34,195 nt of DNA from Thermoleophilia bacterium (GTDB lineage Bacteria; Actinomycetota; Thermoleophilia; Miltoncostaeales; Miltoncostaeaceae): the NCBI GenBank assembly GCA_016463385.1, contig JAEMRL010000001.1, positions 1 through 34,195 of the forward strand. Direction: 5' to 3'. Positions 1 through 9,368 of the stretch are shown one piece after another. The notes below the pieces were generated by a model. It was not told the origin of the DNA, did not search any database, and saw only the letters and a program-made list of their open reading frames with translations. Position 1 is the first letter of the stretch; the number at the start of each line of letters is the position of its first letter. The position numbers and the translations under genes are program-made.

Positions 1-1
1 G

Positions 2-1654
2 AACTCGACGGGGGCGTTCCTCGCAGGCTGGACCCAGAACGACTTCAGTCCGCCTGTTTCCAGCAGTGCAAGCATCGAGGTCAACCTCGCCCCAGATGGC
101 AGTGACTCCGACTCTTGGCAGACCCGCGCAACGATCCAGGGCCCTCTGGCATCAGGACCGAACGGAGTGCTGTCTGTAGCCATTGGAGACCTGGAGGGTC
201 GCCACCAAGTGCGCCTAGTAGTGGAAGGGGCAGTCAACTCCCCCCTTTCGCTCGGAACCCTCCAACTCGACCGCTCACCGCCCGGCGCGTCCTTCGTCGA
301 GCTGACGCCGGAGGGCGGGACCGTGGTCGCGTCGTGGTCGCAGTCCGACGAGCTCTCGGGGACGGATCCCGCGAGCCCGATCATGGCCGAGGTGAACGCG
401 TCTCCGCTGGGCGACGCCGCGGGCGAGTGGATCCCCTTCGCCACCCAGCCCCTGCCGGGGGACGGCCGGCGGACGGCGTCGACCCACCTCGGCGGCCTGG
501 CCGACGGCCGGCATCTGGTGCGGGTGCGCTCGCGCGACCGCGCCGGCAACACGGGCGCGGTGGTGATCGGATCGGTGGTCTCCGACCGCACGCCGCCGCG
601 GGTCGCCGACGTCTCCCTCGCGCGGCCCGTGACCTCGCCGACCGCTCTCGCGGAACTGCTGTATCGCGGCGACGACAGCGCGGGCGTCGGGCTCAGCGGA
701 GCGCGGGCGCAGGTGGCGCCGGTGGGTAGCGGCGGGAACGTCGACTGGGCGGTGCCCGGAGAGTCCGGCGCCGGGCGGGTGCTCGTGCGGCTGCCCGGTC
801 CCGGGGTGTACGTGGTGACGGTGCGGCTGGTCGATCGGGTCGGCAACCGCGGCGAGAGCGCGCCCGTCACGATCCGCGTGCCGACGCCGGCCGAGGCGGC
901 CGACGCCGCGGTGGGGCCGCCGCTCGGGGTGGACGCCCGCCTCGGGGCGGCGCCCAGCCGGCGCGTCGCCTGGGTGGCCGGTCAGATCCGCCGCTTCCAT
1001 GGCGCGCGCGGCGTCCGGCTGAACGCCCGTATCCGCGTGGCCCGCGACGGGGCGGCATGGCGGCGCGTTCTCGGCACGACGGCCGCGGGACGCTACACCG
1101 GCTACTCCACGATGCGCGGTGACATCCTGCTGGGACCGGCGGCGAACCGGGGCCTCGAGGTGCTGGGGGGCCTCGGCCTTCGCACGATGCGGGCGGGCGC
1201 GACCTCGCGAGCCGATCTGGACGGCGCGGTGCTCGGCCTGGCGGTGTTGCTGCACGAGTCGATCCACGAGTCGGGGCCCCGGGCGAGGTCGGACGTCCTC
1301 GGGACCCGCTCCGGGCGCACCTTCGAGGAGGGGTTCGCCGAGGACGCCACGCTCCAGCTTCTGCGCGGCGCCGCCGCACGCCTCGACCTTCCGCCGGACG
1401 CGCGCGCCCGTCTGCTGGCGGCCGTCGGGCGCTACCGGCCCGCGTACGGCGCCGAGGTCGCCTGGGCGCGGCGCGTCTCAGCGCTGGCGACACGATCGGC
1501 GCCGGGTTCGCGGCGGGCGCGCGCGTGGCGGCTGAGGGCGGCCGACACATGGGGAGCGGATCGCTGGACCCGCCTCGCGGCGGCGACCGGCCGCGACGTC
1601 GGGGTGCTGCGCGCGGAGGCGTCGGCGGTGGGTGGACCGAGGCCGGCGCGCTGA
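2..1654 (+). CDS. 5'-truncated protein with Ig-like repeats and a C-terminal HExxH (gluzincin-like) metallopeptidase domain
   Basis: The frame of ORF 167..1654 is open back to base 2 (NSTGAFLAGWTQNDF...). Repeated units end in DRSPP/DRTPP, with VRSRDRAGN and VRLVDRVGN Ig-like motifs. LLHESIH (1253-1267) is followed about 20 aa later by FEEGFAE. Confidence 0.7.
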   Translation, partial: NSTGAFLAGWTQNDFSPPVSSSASIEVNLAPDGSDSDSWQTRATIQGPLASGPNGVLSVAIGDLEGRHQVRLVVEGAVNSPLSLGTLQLDRSPPGASFVELTPEGGTVVASWSQSDELSGTDPASPIMAEVNASPLGDAAGEWIPFATQPLPGDGRRTASTHLGGLADGRHLVRVRSRDRAGNTGAVVIGSVVSDRTPPRVADVSLARPVTSPTALAELLYRGDDSAGVGLSGARAQVAPVGSGGNVDWAVPGESGAGRVLVRLPGPGVYVVTVRLVDRVGNRGESAPVTIRVPTPAEAADAAVGPPLGVDARLGAAPSRRVAWVAGQIRRFHGARGVRLNARIRVARDGAAWRRVLGTTAAGRYTGYSTMRGDILLGPAANRGLEVLGGLGLRTMRAGATSRADLDGAVLGLAVLLHESIHESGPRARSDVLGTRSGRTFEEGFAEDATLQLLRGAAARLDLPPDARARLLAAVGRYRPAYGAEVAWARRVSALATRSAPGSRRARAWRLRAADTWGADRWTRLAAATGRDVGVLRAEASAVGGPRPAR

Positions 1655-1683
1655 GATCTCCGGGACCGCCGAGCCCGGCGGAG

Positions 1684-1689
1684 TAGGCT
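1684..1689 (+). promoter_or_regulatory. Putative -10 box TAGGCT, 10 nt before ATG 1700
   Basis: TANNNT hexamer in a short intergenic gap, with no SD before the start. Confidence 0.45.
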
Positions 1690-1699
1690 TTCGCGCCCG

Positions 1700-2800
1700 A
1701 TGCCCGCCCCGGCCCTGCTCGACGCCACGCCCCTCGCGAGCGCGCACGCCACCCGCGGCATCGGTGCCGCCGTGCGCGGCATGCTCGAGGGCTTCGCGGC
1801 GCTCCCTCCCGACGATCGCCCGGCCCTTCTGGTGCGCCGCGGTCAGCCCGTGCCCGAGGGGTTCGAGGCACGTGAGGTCCGCTGGCCGCGGTGGCCGGTG
1901 TACCGCCTGCCCGACCCGTGGCCCTTCGCCGTCGGCGAGCGGGCCGCGCGGCGCCTTGCGGCGGGCGGGGTCTTCCACGCCGTGCAGCCGTCGCTGATCC
2001 CGCGGGGCCGGACGGTGGTGACCTGCTTCGACCTGATCCCGGCCTCCTTCCGCGCCGAGTACCTCTCGGGGGCCGGCCGGGCGCCCGAGGCCTTCGCCTA
2101 CCGCCACTTCCTGCGCCGCCTCGGCCAGGCGCGCCTGGTGCTGGTGCCCTCGGCCGAGACGGGCGTGGACGTGCGGCGGATCGCCGGTGTTCCGCCTGAG
2201 CGGATCCGCGTCGTGCCCCTGGCGACGCCCGTCGCGCCGCCGGGCGACGGCTCGGCTCCGGACGGGCCCTACGTGCTCTACGCCGGGGCGATCGAGCCCC
2301 ACAAGAACGCGCCGCTCGCCATCGAGGCGATCGCCCTCGCCGAGCCCGGCGTGCGCCTGGTGATGGCCGGGCCGTGGTCGGCCCGCCGCACCGAGCGGCT
2401 GCGGCGCCACGCCGAGGTCGTCGGCGCGGGTGGGCGCATCGACTGGCTCGGGCTCGTGCCCCCGGAACGGCTCACCGCCCTGCGCGAGGGCGCGCGAGCC
2501 GTGCTGGTGCCCTCACGCAAGGAGGGCGTCGGCCTCCCCGTGCTGGAGGCTCTGTCGGCCGGCGTGCCCGTGCTCGCCTCCGACACCCCGGCGCTGCGCG
2601 AGGTGGGCGCCGACGCGGCCACCTACCTGCCGCTCGGCCAGCCCGCCGTCTGGGCGGCCGCGATCTCGGCCTCGGCGCTCGCCTCCGACCCCGTCGCCCG
2701 CGCCGTCCGCGCCGAGCACGGCCGGCGGCGTGCGGCCGCCTTCTCGTGGGAGCGCACCGCCCGCGCCACTGCCGACGCCTACCGGGAGGTCGCCGGGTGA
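1700..2800 (+). CDS. Glycosyltransferase family 4 (MtfB/WbpX/WbpY-like)
   Basis: TCFDLIP, YAGAIEPHKN, EX7E motif EGVGLPVLE, FSWERTA. Confidence 0.92.
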   Translation: MPAPALLDATPLASAHATRGIGAAVRGMLEGFAALPPDDRPALLVRRGQPVPEGFEAREVRWPRWPVYRLPDPWPFAVGERAARRLAAGGVFHAVQPSLIPRGRTVVTCFDLIPASFRAEYLSGAGRAPEAFAYRHFLRRLGQARLVLVPSAETGVDVRRIAGVPPERIRVVPLATPVAPPGDGSAPDGPYVLYAGAIEPHKNAPLAIEAIALAEPGVRLVMAGPWSARRTERLRRHAEVVGAGGRIDWLGLVPPERLTALREGARAVLVPSRKEGVGLPVLEALSAGVPVLASDTPALREVGADAATYLPLGQPAVWAAAISASALASDPVARAVRAEHGRRRAAAFSWERTARATADAYREVAG

Positions 2801-3870
2801 CCCTGGCCGCGATCGACTGCCACATGGTCGGCCAGGCCGCCTCGGGCGACGCCGGCAACGGCCGCTACGCCGCGGCCCTGCTGGCCGCGATGGCCGCTAC
2901 GGCCCCCGACGGCGACGCCGTGGCCGCGCTGGTCGCCACCCCGGCGGGCGCGCGTGCCCTCTCGGCGTTCGGCCGCACGATCGGCGTGCCGGCCGCCGAC
3001 GTGCCCCGCCTGGCCCGCGCCGCCCCGCGGGCGCTGTCGGACATCGCCGCCGACGCCGCGGTGTTCACCTACGTCTCGCCCGGCTGGAACCCCTGCCCGA
3101 TCCTGCTGGCCGTCCATGACGCCACCTTCATGTCGCACCCCGAGTGGCTCGGCACCCGCGCGCGCATGGTGCTGCGCGGCCTGGTGCCGCGCTCGGCCCG
3201 CCGCGCCGCCCGGGTGCTCGCCCTCTCCCAGACCGCCGCCCGCGACGTGGCCCAGGCCCTCGGGATCGCCGACTCGAAGGTTCGCGTGGTGAGCCCCTAC
3301 CCCGACCCGGTGTTCTCGCCGGGCGACGGCGCCGCCGAGCGCGTGGCCGCCCGCTTCGGACTCGGCCGCTACTGCCTGGCGGTCGGCGACCTCGGGCCGC
3401 GGAAGAACCTCGCCGCTCTCGGCGCCTCCGTGCGCAGCCTGCGCGACCCCGACCTGCAGCTGGCCCTGGTGGGCAAGCCCGGCCCCGACGGCGAGCGGAT
3501 CGCCGCGGCGGCGGGCGGCCGCTGGCTCGGCCACGTCTCCGACGCCGAGCTGGCCGACCTCTACCGGGCCGCCGCGCTGACGGCCTACCCCTCGCTGTAC
3601 GAGGGCTTCGGCCTGCCCGTGGTGGAGGCGATGGCCTGCGGCTGCCCGGTCGTCGCCAGCGACCGCGGCGCCCTTCCCGAGGTGGCCGGCGACGCCGCGA
3701 TCCTGGTGGAGCCCTCGCCGCGCGGCATCGCCGAGGGCATCCGGCGGGCGCTGGAGCCCGCCACGGCCGCGCGGCTGCGCGCCGCCGGCCCCGAGCGCGC
3801 GGCGCACTACTCTGCCGAGGCGATGGGGAACGCGGCCTGGGCCGTCGTGAGGGAGGTGGTCGGCGCATGA
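2797..3870 (+). CDS. Glycosyltransferase family 4 (MtfB/WbpX/WbpY-like)
   Basis: GTG start overlaps the upstream TGA (GTGA). VHDATF, VGDLGPRKN, PSLYEGFGLPVVEAMACG. Confidence 0.92.
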   Translation: MTLAAIDCHMVGQAASGDAGNGRYAAALLAAMAATAPDGDAVAALVATPAGARALSAFGRTIGVPAADVPRLARAAPRALSDIAADAAVFTYVSPGWNPCPILLAVHDATFMSHPEWLGTRARMVLRGLVPRSARRAARVLALSQTAARDVAQALGIADSKVRVVSPYPDPVFSPGDGAAERVAARFGLGRYCLAVGDLGPRKNLAALGASVRSLRDPDLQLALVGKPGPDGERIAAAAGGRWLGHVSDAELADLYRAAALTAYPSLYEGFGLPVVEAMACGCPVVASDRGALPEVAGDAAILVEPSPRGIAEGIRRALEPATAARLRAAGPERAAHYSAEAMGNAAWAVVREVVGA

Positions 3871-4985
3871 GGATCGCGATGCTCGGCACGCGGGGCATCC
3901 CGGCCGCCTACAGCGGCTTCGAGACGGCGGTCGAGCACCTCGCCGAGCGCTTCAGCGCCCGCGGCCACGAGGTGACGGTCTACTGCCGCCCCCACATGAC
4001 CGAGCGCCGCGAGACCCACGCGGGCGCCCGCCTGGTGCACCTGCCGACCATCCGCAACAAGCACCTCGACACGCTCGCCCACAGCCTGGTGAGCACCGCC
4101 CACATGGCGACCCGCGCCCGCCCGGACGTGGCGATCTACTTCATCGCCGGCAACGCCCCGGTGGTGCCGCTGGCGCGCCTGGCGGGCATCCCGGCCGTGC
4201 TGCAGATCGACGGGCTCGACTCGGAGCGGGCCAAGTGGTCGGGCCCGGCCAAGGCCTACCTGCGGATGGCCGAGCGCATCGCCCCGGCCGCGGCCACGAT
4301 CGCGGTGACCGACTCGGCCGCCGTGGCCGAGTCGTACGAGCGCCGCTACGGCCGCCGCATCCCCTGGATCGCCTACGGAGCGGAGGTGGCCGACCCCGGC
4401 GATGCGGGCTGGTGCCGGCGCCTCGGCGTCGAGCCCGGCCGCTTCATCCTCTTCGTGGGCCGCCTGGTGCCCGAGAACAACGCGCACCTGCTGGTGGAGG
4501 CGCACCGCCTGCTCGGCACCGACTGGCCCCTGGTGGTGGTGGGCGACGCCCCCTACGCCGAGGACTACATCGCCGGCCTGAAGGCCTCGGCCGACCCCGG
4601 GGTGATCTTCCCGGGCTACGTCTTCGGCGACGGCTATGCCGAGCTGGTGCGCGCCTGCGGCGTGATGTGCGCCCCCACCGAGGTGGGCGGCACCCACCCG
4701 GTGATCGTGGAGGGGATGGCCGCCGGCGCCGCGATGATCGTGAGCGACCTCGGCCCGAACCTCGAGGTGGTGGGCGACGCGGCCGCGAGCTTCCCGCTGT
4801 CGGGCGGCGCGCCCGCCCTGGCCGAGGCCCTCGGCGCCCTGATCGCCGACCCCGCGCGGCGCATGCAGCTCGGCGAGCGGGCGGCCGCGCGGGCGGCAGA
4901 GCGCTTCTCGTGGGACGCCTGCGCCGACTCCTACCTGCGCCTCTGCGAGATCGCGACCGGAGCCGCCTCCGCTCAGCCGGAGTAG
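3867..4985 (+). CDS. Glycosyltransferase family 4 (DUF1972-type)
   Basis: ATGA overlap. MRIAMLGTRGIPAAYSGFET, VGRLVPENN, EVGGTHPVIVEGMAAG. Confidence 0.92.
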   Translation: MRIAMLGTRGIPAAYSGFETAVEHLAERFSARGHEVTVYCRPHMTERRETHAGARLVHLPTIRNKHLDTLAHSLVSTAHMATRARPDVAIYFIAGNAPVVPLARLAGIPAVLQIDGLDSERAKWSGPAKAYLRMAERIAPAAATIAVTDSAAVAESYERRYGRRIPWIAYGAEVADPGDAGWCRRLGVEPGRFILFVGRLVPENNAHLLVEAHRLLGTDWPLVVVGDAPYAEDYIAGLKASADPGVIFPGYVFGDGYAELVRACGVMCAPTEVGGTHPVIVEGMAAGAAMIVSDLGPNLEVVGDAAASFPLSGGAPALAEALGALIADPARRMQLGERAAARAAERFSWDACADSYLRLCEIATGAASAQPE

Positions 4986-5530
4986 GTGAAGGGCAACTCG
5001 GCGGCGATGTCGGCGAGGCGTGGCGCGGAGGTGTCGCGCGCCGAGAGCACCAGCGGGATGTCGGGCCACTCGATGCCGACGTCCGGGTCGTCGTAGGCGA
5101 AGCCGCGCTCCACCGCCGGGTCGTAGTAGGACGAGCAGCGGTAGACGACGTCGGCCGTCTCGCTGGTCACCACGAACCCGTGGGCGAAGCCGACCGGCAG
5201 GTAGACCTGGCGGTGATCGACGTCGTCGAGCACGACCGACGTCCACTGCCCGTGGGTCGGCGACCCCCGGCGGACGTCGACCGCCACGTCGAGGATCGCC
5301 CCCCGGGCGCAGCGCACCAGCTTCGCCTGGCCGGCGCCGACCGAGAAATGCATGCCGCGCAGGACGCCGCGCCCCGAGCGCGAGTGGTTGTCCTGCACCC
5401 AGGTCTCGCGCACGCCGAGCTCGTCCATCAGGTCGGCCCGGAAGGTCTCCTGGAAGAAGCCGCGCTCGTCGCCGTGGACGACGGGCTCGAGGATCAGCAT
5501 CCCGGGCAGGGGGGAGGGCAGCGCGCGCAT
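4973..5530 (-). CDS. rfbC: dTDP-4-dehydrorhamnose 3,5-epimerase
   Basis: GDERGFFQE, QDNHSRS, LRGMHF, QAKLVRC, GFAHGF. Overlaps the convergent GT4 by 13 bp. Confidence 0.93.
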   Translation of the reverse strand: MRALPSPLPGMLILEPVVHGDERGFFQETFRADLMDELGVRETWVQDNHSRSGRGVLRGMHFSVGAGQAKLVRCARGAILDVAVDVRRGSPTHGQWTSVVLDDVDHRQVYLPVGFAHGFVVTSETADVVYRCSSYYDPAVERGFAYDDPDVGIEWPDIPLVLSARDTSAPRLADIAAELPFTYSG

Positions 5531-5536
5531 CAGGTC

Positions 5537-5542
5537 AGGCTA
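5537..5542 (-). promoter_or_regulatory. Putative -10 box TAGCCT, 6 nt before ATG 5530 (leaderless)
   Basis: Minus strand reads TAGCCT-gacctg-ATG, with no SD. Confidence 0.6.
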
Positions 5543-5555
5543 TCCGCGTGCCCGG

Positions 5556-6662
5556 CTACGAGATCGAGCGCTCGCCGGGCTTGGCGAGCTGCAGCAGCCC
5601 CTTGGCGATGCCCATCGAGTAGGCGACGTCGAGGGCGGGCTGCAGCGCGGCCAGCGCGGCGACGTCGCCCGGCCCGAAGCGCAGGTGCTCGACGTAGCGC
5701 CGGAAGAGCTGCGACTTGAGCGCCGTGGCGCCCAGCAGCACGAGGGCCGCCGGCACCGGCGAGCGCTTGGTCACGACCGCCGCGCCGATCGCCACCATCG
5801 CTCCGGTGCCCGCGAGCTGGAGGGCACGGAGCGTCGTGCGCTCCGACCGGTTGCGCCCCGCCTCGGCTCCCATCACGCCGGCCGTGGTGCCGCGGTTGGC
5901 CAGCATCAGGTAGGGCGTGACCCGCCCGAACAGCTGGGCGTGGCGCACCAGCTTCAGCAGCGAGTCCTGGTCGGAGGAGACCGACAGGTAGTAGCGCAGC
6001 GACGGAGCACGGCAGACGCGGTAGCCGTCGGCGCGGAAGGCGGCCGAGAGCACCTGGTCCTCGCCGGCGCGGCGCAGGGTGGTGTCGTAGAAGCCGGCCC
6101 GGCGCAGGGCCTCCATCCGGAATCCGTCGCAGCGCCCCTCGGCGAATCCGACCGGCTCCAGCTCGCGGTCGCCGTCGGGGAAGATGTCCATCAGGTTGGC
6201 GGCCAGGTAGACCTTCTCGACCTGCGAGAGGCCGGCATCGACGTCGGCGATCGACTGGCCCGACACCACGGCCACGTCGGGGTTGCGGTCGAGCAGGTCG
6301 ATCACCCGGGCCACGTAGTCGTCGATGCCGAAGCGGCAGTCGGCGTGGCAGGTGAGCACGTACTCGGTGGTCACCATCCCGAGCGCCCGGTTGAACGAGC
6401 GCGCGAGGCCCACGTTCTCGTCGTTGCGCACCACGCGCACCGGGAAGGGCAGCGCGGCGACGGCGAGCTCGTCCTCGAGCCGGGCGACCGTGTCGTCGGG
6501 CGAGGCGTTGTCGATGAAGATCACCTCGAGCCACGTCGCCGGGTCGGAGCCGGGGGGCGGCACCTGGCGGCCGATGCCCTCCACCAGCCCCGCCACCGCG
6601 TCGGCGGCGCGGTACACCGGGAAGATGACCGTGATGCGGGGGTGGTCGGTCGGGTCGGTCAT
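5556..6662 (-). CDS. Glycosyltransferase family 2 with C-terminal membrane segments
   Basis: ITVIFPVYR, IFIDNASPDDT, NVGLARSFN, HADC (DxD-like), GEDQ, hydrophobic C-terminus. Confidence 0.88.
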   Translation of the reverse strand: MTDPTDHPRITVIFPVYRAADAVAGLVEGIGRQVPPPGSDPATWLEVIFIDNASPDDTVARLEDELAVAALPFPVRVVRNDENVGLARSFNRALGMVTTEYVLTCHADCRFGIDDYVARVIDLLDRNPDVAVVSGQSIADVDAGLSQVEKVYLAANLMDIFPDGDRELEPVGFAEGRCDGFRMEALRRAGFYDTTLRRAGEDQVLSAAFRADGYRVCRAPSLRYYLSVSSDQDSLLKLVRHAQLFGRVTPYLMLANRGTTAGVMGAEAGRNRSERTTLRALQLAGTGAMVAIGAAVVTKRSPVPAALVLLGATALKSQLFRRYVEHLRFGPGDVAALAALQPALDVAYSMGIAKGLLQLAKPGERSIS

Positions 6663-7204
6663 CGGGCGGCCTCGGGTGCGTAGTCGGGGTAGGTGCGATC
6701 GCGCTCGCTCATCACGCGGTGCTCGGCCGGCGGCCAGTCGATGCCGAAGGCCGGGTCGTCCCAGCGCACGCCGCGCGCGGCCTCGGCCACGTAGGGCGAG
6801 CTCATCAGGTAGAGCACCTCGGAGTCGGGGACGAGCGTCTGGAAGCCGTGGCCGAAGCCCTCGGGGATGTAGAGCGCGCTGCGGTTCTCGGCGCTCAGCA
6901 CGGCCCCGGTCCAGCGGCGGTGCGTCGGCGAGCCGGGGCGCAGGTCGACCAGCACGTCGAAGATCGCTCCGGCCGTGCAGCGCACCAGCTTGACCTCGCC
7001 GTGCGGGTCGGCCTGGAAGTGCATGCCCCGCAGGGTGCCGGCCGCCGCGTTGAAGGAGACGTTGCAGGCCGCCAGATCGGTGGAGAGGCCGTACGCGGCG
7101 AACTCCTCCGGGCTCCAGGAGCGGGCGAAGAAGCCGCGCTCGTCCTCGATGCGGTCGAGGTCGACGAGCCAGGCGCCCTCGAGGGGCGTCGGGGTGAAGC
7201 GCAA
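6659..7204 (-). CDS. rfbC: NDP-4-keto-6-deoxyhexose 3,5-epimerase (second RmlC-family protein, of the type found with CDP-sugar genes)
   Basis: EDERGFFAR, GTLRGMHFQ, EVKLVRC, GFGHGFQTL. TTG start lies 1 bp after the rfbF stop. Confidence 0.88.
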   Translation of the reverse strand: MRFTPTPLEGAWLVDLDRIEDERGFFARSWSPEEFAAYGLSTDLAACNVSFNAAAGTLRGMHFQADPHGEVKLVRCTAGAIFDVLVDLRPGSPTHRRWTGAVLSAENRSALYIPEGFGHGFQTLVPDSEVLYLMSSPYVAEAARGVRWDDPAFGIDWPPAEHRVMSERDRTYPDYAPEAAR

Positions 7205-7205
7205 A

Positions 7206-7979
7206 TCAGTCCCAGCACTTCCACGGGGCCGAGCCCGAGCTCCACATCTCCTCGAGCATGCGCACGTCGCGCAGCGTGTCCATCGGGTGCCAGAAACCGT
7301 CGTGGCGGAAGGCCATCAGCTCCCCGTCGGCCGCCAGGCGCTCCATCGGCTCGCGCTCCCAGATGACCACCTTGTCGCGGTCGATGTACTCGGCCGCGCC
7401 GGGCTCGAGCACGAAGAAACCGCCGTTGATCCAGCCGGTGGTGGTCTGGGGCTTCTCGGCGAACTCGTCCACGCGGTCGCCGTCGAAGCGCAGCTCGCCG
7501 AAGCGCGCCGGCGGGCGCACCGCGGTGACGGTGGCCAGCTTGCCGTGCGAGCGGTGGAACGCGAGCAGCGCCGTCAGATCGACCGTCGAGACGGCGTCGC
7601 CGTAGGTCAGCATCATCGTCTCGCCGCGATTGAGCTCCATCAGCCGCGCCACCCGGTCACCGGTCTGGGCCTCGAGGCCGGTGTCGAGGAGGTGGACCTG
7701 CCAGTGGTCGCCCGAGCCGGGGCCGACGTCGACCTCGCCGGTGTCGAGGCGGATGGTGAGGTCGCTGGTGCGGTGGCGGTAGTGGAGGAAGAAGTCCTTG
7801 ATCACCTCGCCGCGGTAGCCGAGCGCGATCGCGAACTCCTCGAAGCCCGCGGAGGCGTAGGTCTTCATCAGGTGCCAGAGCATCGGCCGCCCGCCGATCT
7901 CGACCATCGGCTTCGGACGCACGTCGGTGTGCTCAGACAGGCGTGTCCCGAGGCCTCCGGCCAGGATCCCTACGAGCAT
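7206..7979 (-). CDS. rfbF: Glucose-1-phosphate cytidylyltransferase
   Basis: ILAGGLGTRLSE, PKPMVEIGG, LTYGD, INGGFFV, GFWHPMDTLRD, APWKCW. SD GGAGGT upstream. Confidence 0.93.
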   Translation of the reverse strand: MLVGILAGGLGTRLSEHTDVRPKPMVEIGGRPMLWHLMKTYASAGFEEFAIALGYRGEVIKDFFLHYRHRTSDLTIRLDTGEVDVGPGSGDHWQVHLLDTGLEAQTGDRVARLMELNRGETMMLTYGDAVSTVDLTALLAFHRSHGKLATVTAVRPPARFGELRFDGDRVDEFAEKPQTTTGWINGGFFVLEPGAAEYIDRDKVVIWEREPMERLAADGELMAFRHDGFWHPMDTLRDVRMLEEMWSSGSAPWKCWD

Positions 7980-8021
7980 GTTCCGGCACCTCCGGGAGCG
8001 GTGGGTCGATGGAGCGCAGGC

Positions 8022-8027
8022 ACGCTA
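8022..8027 (-). promoter_or_regulatory. Putative internal -10 box TAGCGT upstream of rfbF
   Basis: TANNNT directly after the flippase stop, followed by a short leader carrying GGAGGT. Confidence 0.4.
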
Positions 8028-9368
8028 TCAGGGCGCCCCCGCGCCCCCTTCCCGGGCCCGCAGGAGCCCGCGGCCGTGCCGCACGGCGCGCACCAGGCCC
8101 GGCCCGATCGCCTCCGGCGTGCCCCGGTAGAGCGCCTCGTGCACGAGCAACCCCGCCACGCCGACGGCGGCGTCGACGGCGATGATCGTCTCGGGGCTGC
8201 CGTGGAAGGCGAGGAGCAGCAGCGCCTGGAGGACGGCCACGCCGGCGGTGGCCCACACGAAGCGGTCGGCGCCGCGGCCGACGTGGTGGTTGATGACCAC
8301 GATCAGCGCTCCGAGCAGCGTGGAGGCGGCCGCGAATGCGCCGAGGATGCCCGCCGAGCCGGCGAACTCGCCGCCGTAGGTGATGCGCAGCAGCGGCTCG
8401 GCGATCGCCCAGATCAGCAGGCTGGCGATGCCGCCGGCCGCCAGCGAGAGCCCGACGGCGAGGCCCAGGATCATGCCCGTGTCCTGGTCGGCCGCCGAGC
8501 GCGCGGCGACCCGGGGCAGCAGCACGAACGAGACGGCCTGGGGGACCAGGAAGACGGCCTTGGCGAGCGTCGCGGCGGCGGCGAACCGGCCGGCCTCGTC
8601 GGCGCCGAGGGCGATCTTGGCGGCGATGACGTCGAGGTTGGTCAGCACGCCGAGCCCCGTGAGGCCCACGGTCACGGGGATCAGCGGCCGCGCGAAGGCG
8701 CGCCACTGCGCCGTGCCGGGCGCCGTCGCCGGGCCCCGCTCGCGCGTCAGCCACCAGCCCGCCCCGAGCGCCGACAACAGGGCGACCCCGGTCGCGCCGA
8801 GGGCCGCGTAGACGCCGAGGCCGACGGCCGCCAGGATCAGCAGCGCCACCGGGCGGGGCGCGCCCCACAGGGCGAAGCCGAGGGCGAAGCCCCCGAAGCG
8901 CTCCTGCCCCTGCAGGCGCCCGAGCACCAGGAAGAAGAACCCGAGCGGCGCGACCAGGGCCACCGTGAACAGCAGCGGGCCGACGGGCAGGTCGGGCTCG
9001 AGCAGCCAGGCCACGCCGATCGCGGCGCAGGCCACGACGGCCAGCAGGGGCGTCACCGCGGCGCAGGTGCGCCATGCCCGGGCGTAGACGCCCTCGGCGA
9101 GGGCGGCGTCGCCCCCGGGGGGCGCGGCGACCAGGCGGGCCGTGGCGAACTGGAGCGACTGGGCGGGCACCGCGATCACCAGGGTCGCGGCCAGGAGCGC
9201 CGCGACGAGGCCGTAGTCGCTCGGACCGAGGATCCGGCCCGCGATGAGGAAGAAGGCGTAGTTGCCGGCGTTCCAGACGATCAGGGCGCCGAGCACGAGC
9301 CCGCCGCCGCGCAGGGCGGCCGGGCGGCGGGACGGACGGCCGCCGGCCGCCGGCCCGTCGGCGCTCAC
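8028..9368 (-). CDS. Wzx/MATE-like oligosaccharide flippase
   Basis: GTG start overlaps the upstream TGA. About 12 hydrophobic segments, GRILGPSDYG and NLDVIAAK...EAGRFAAA motifs. Confidence 0.8.
   Translation of the reverse strand: MSADGPAAGGRPSRRPAALRGGGLVLGALIVWNAGNYAFFLIAGRILGPSDYGLVAALLAATLVIAVPAQSLQFATARLVAAPPGGDAALAEGVYARAWRTCAAVTPLLAVVACAAIGVAWLLEPDLPVGPLLFTVALVAPLGFFFLVLGRLQGQERFGGFALGFALWGAPRPVALLILAAVGLGVYAALGATGVALLSALGAGWWLTRERGPATAPGTAQWRAFARPLIPVTVGLTGLGVLTNLDVIAAKIALGADEAGRFAAAATLAKAVFLVPQAVSFVLLPRVAARSAADQDTGMILGLAVGLSLAAGGIASLLIWAIAEPLLRITYGGEFAGSAGILGAFAAASTLLGALIVVINHHVGRGADRFVWATAGVAVLQALLLLAFHGSPETIIAVDAAVGVAGLLVHEALYRGTPEAIGPGLVRAVRHGRGLLRAREGGAGAP

Noticed and set aside
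1666-1681. GC hairpin ccgccg-agcc-cggcgg (similar ones near 13575-13605 and 27351-27370) as intrinsic terminators
   Set aside because: Stems of only 5-6 bp without a clear U-tract are not distinguishable from background at this GC content.
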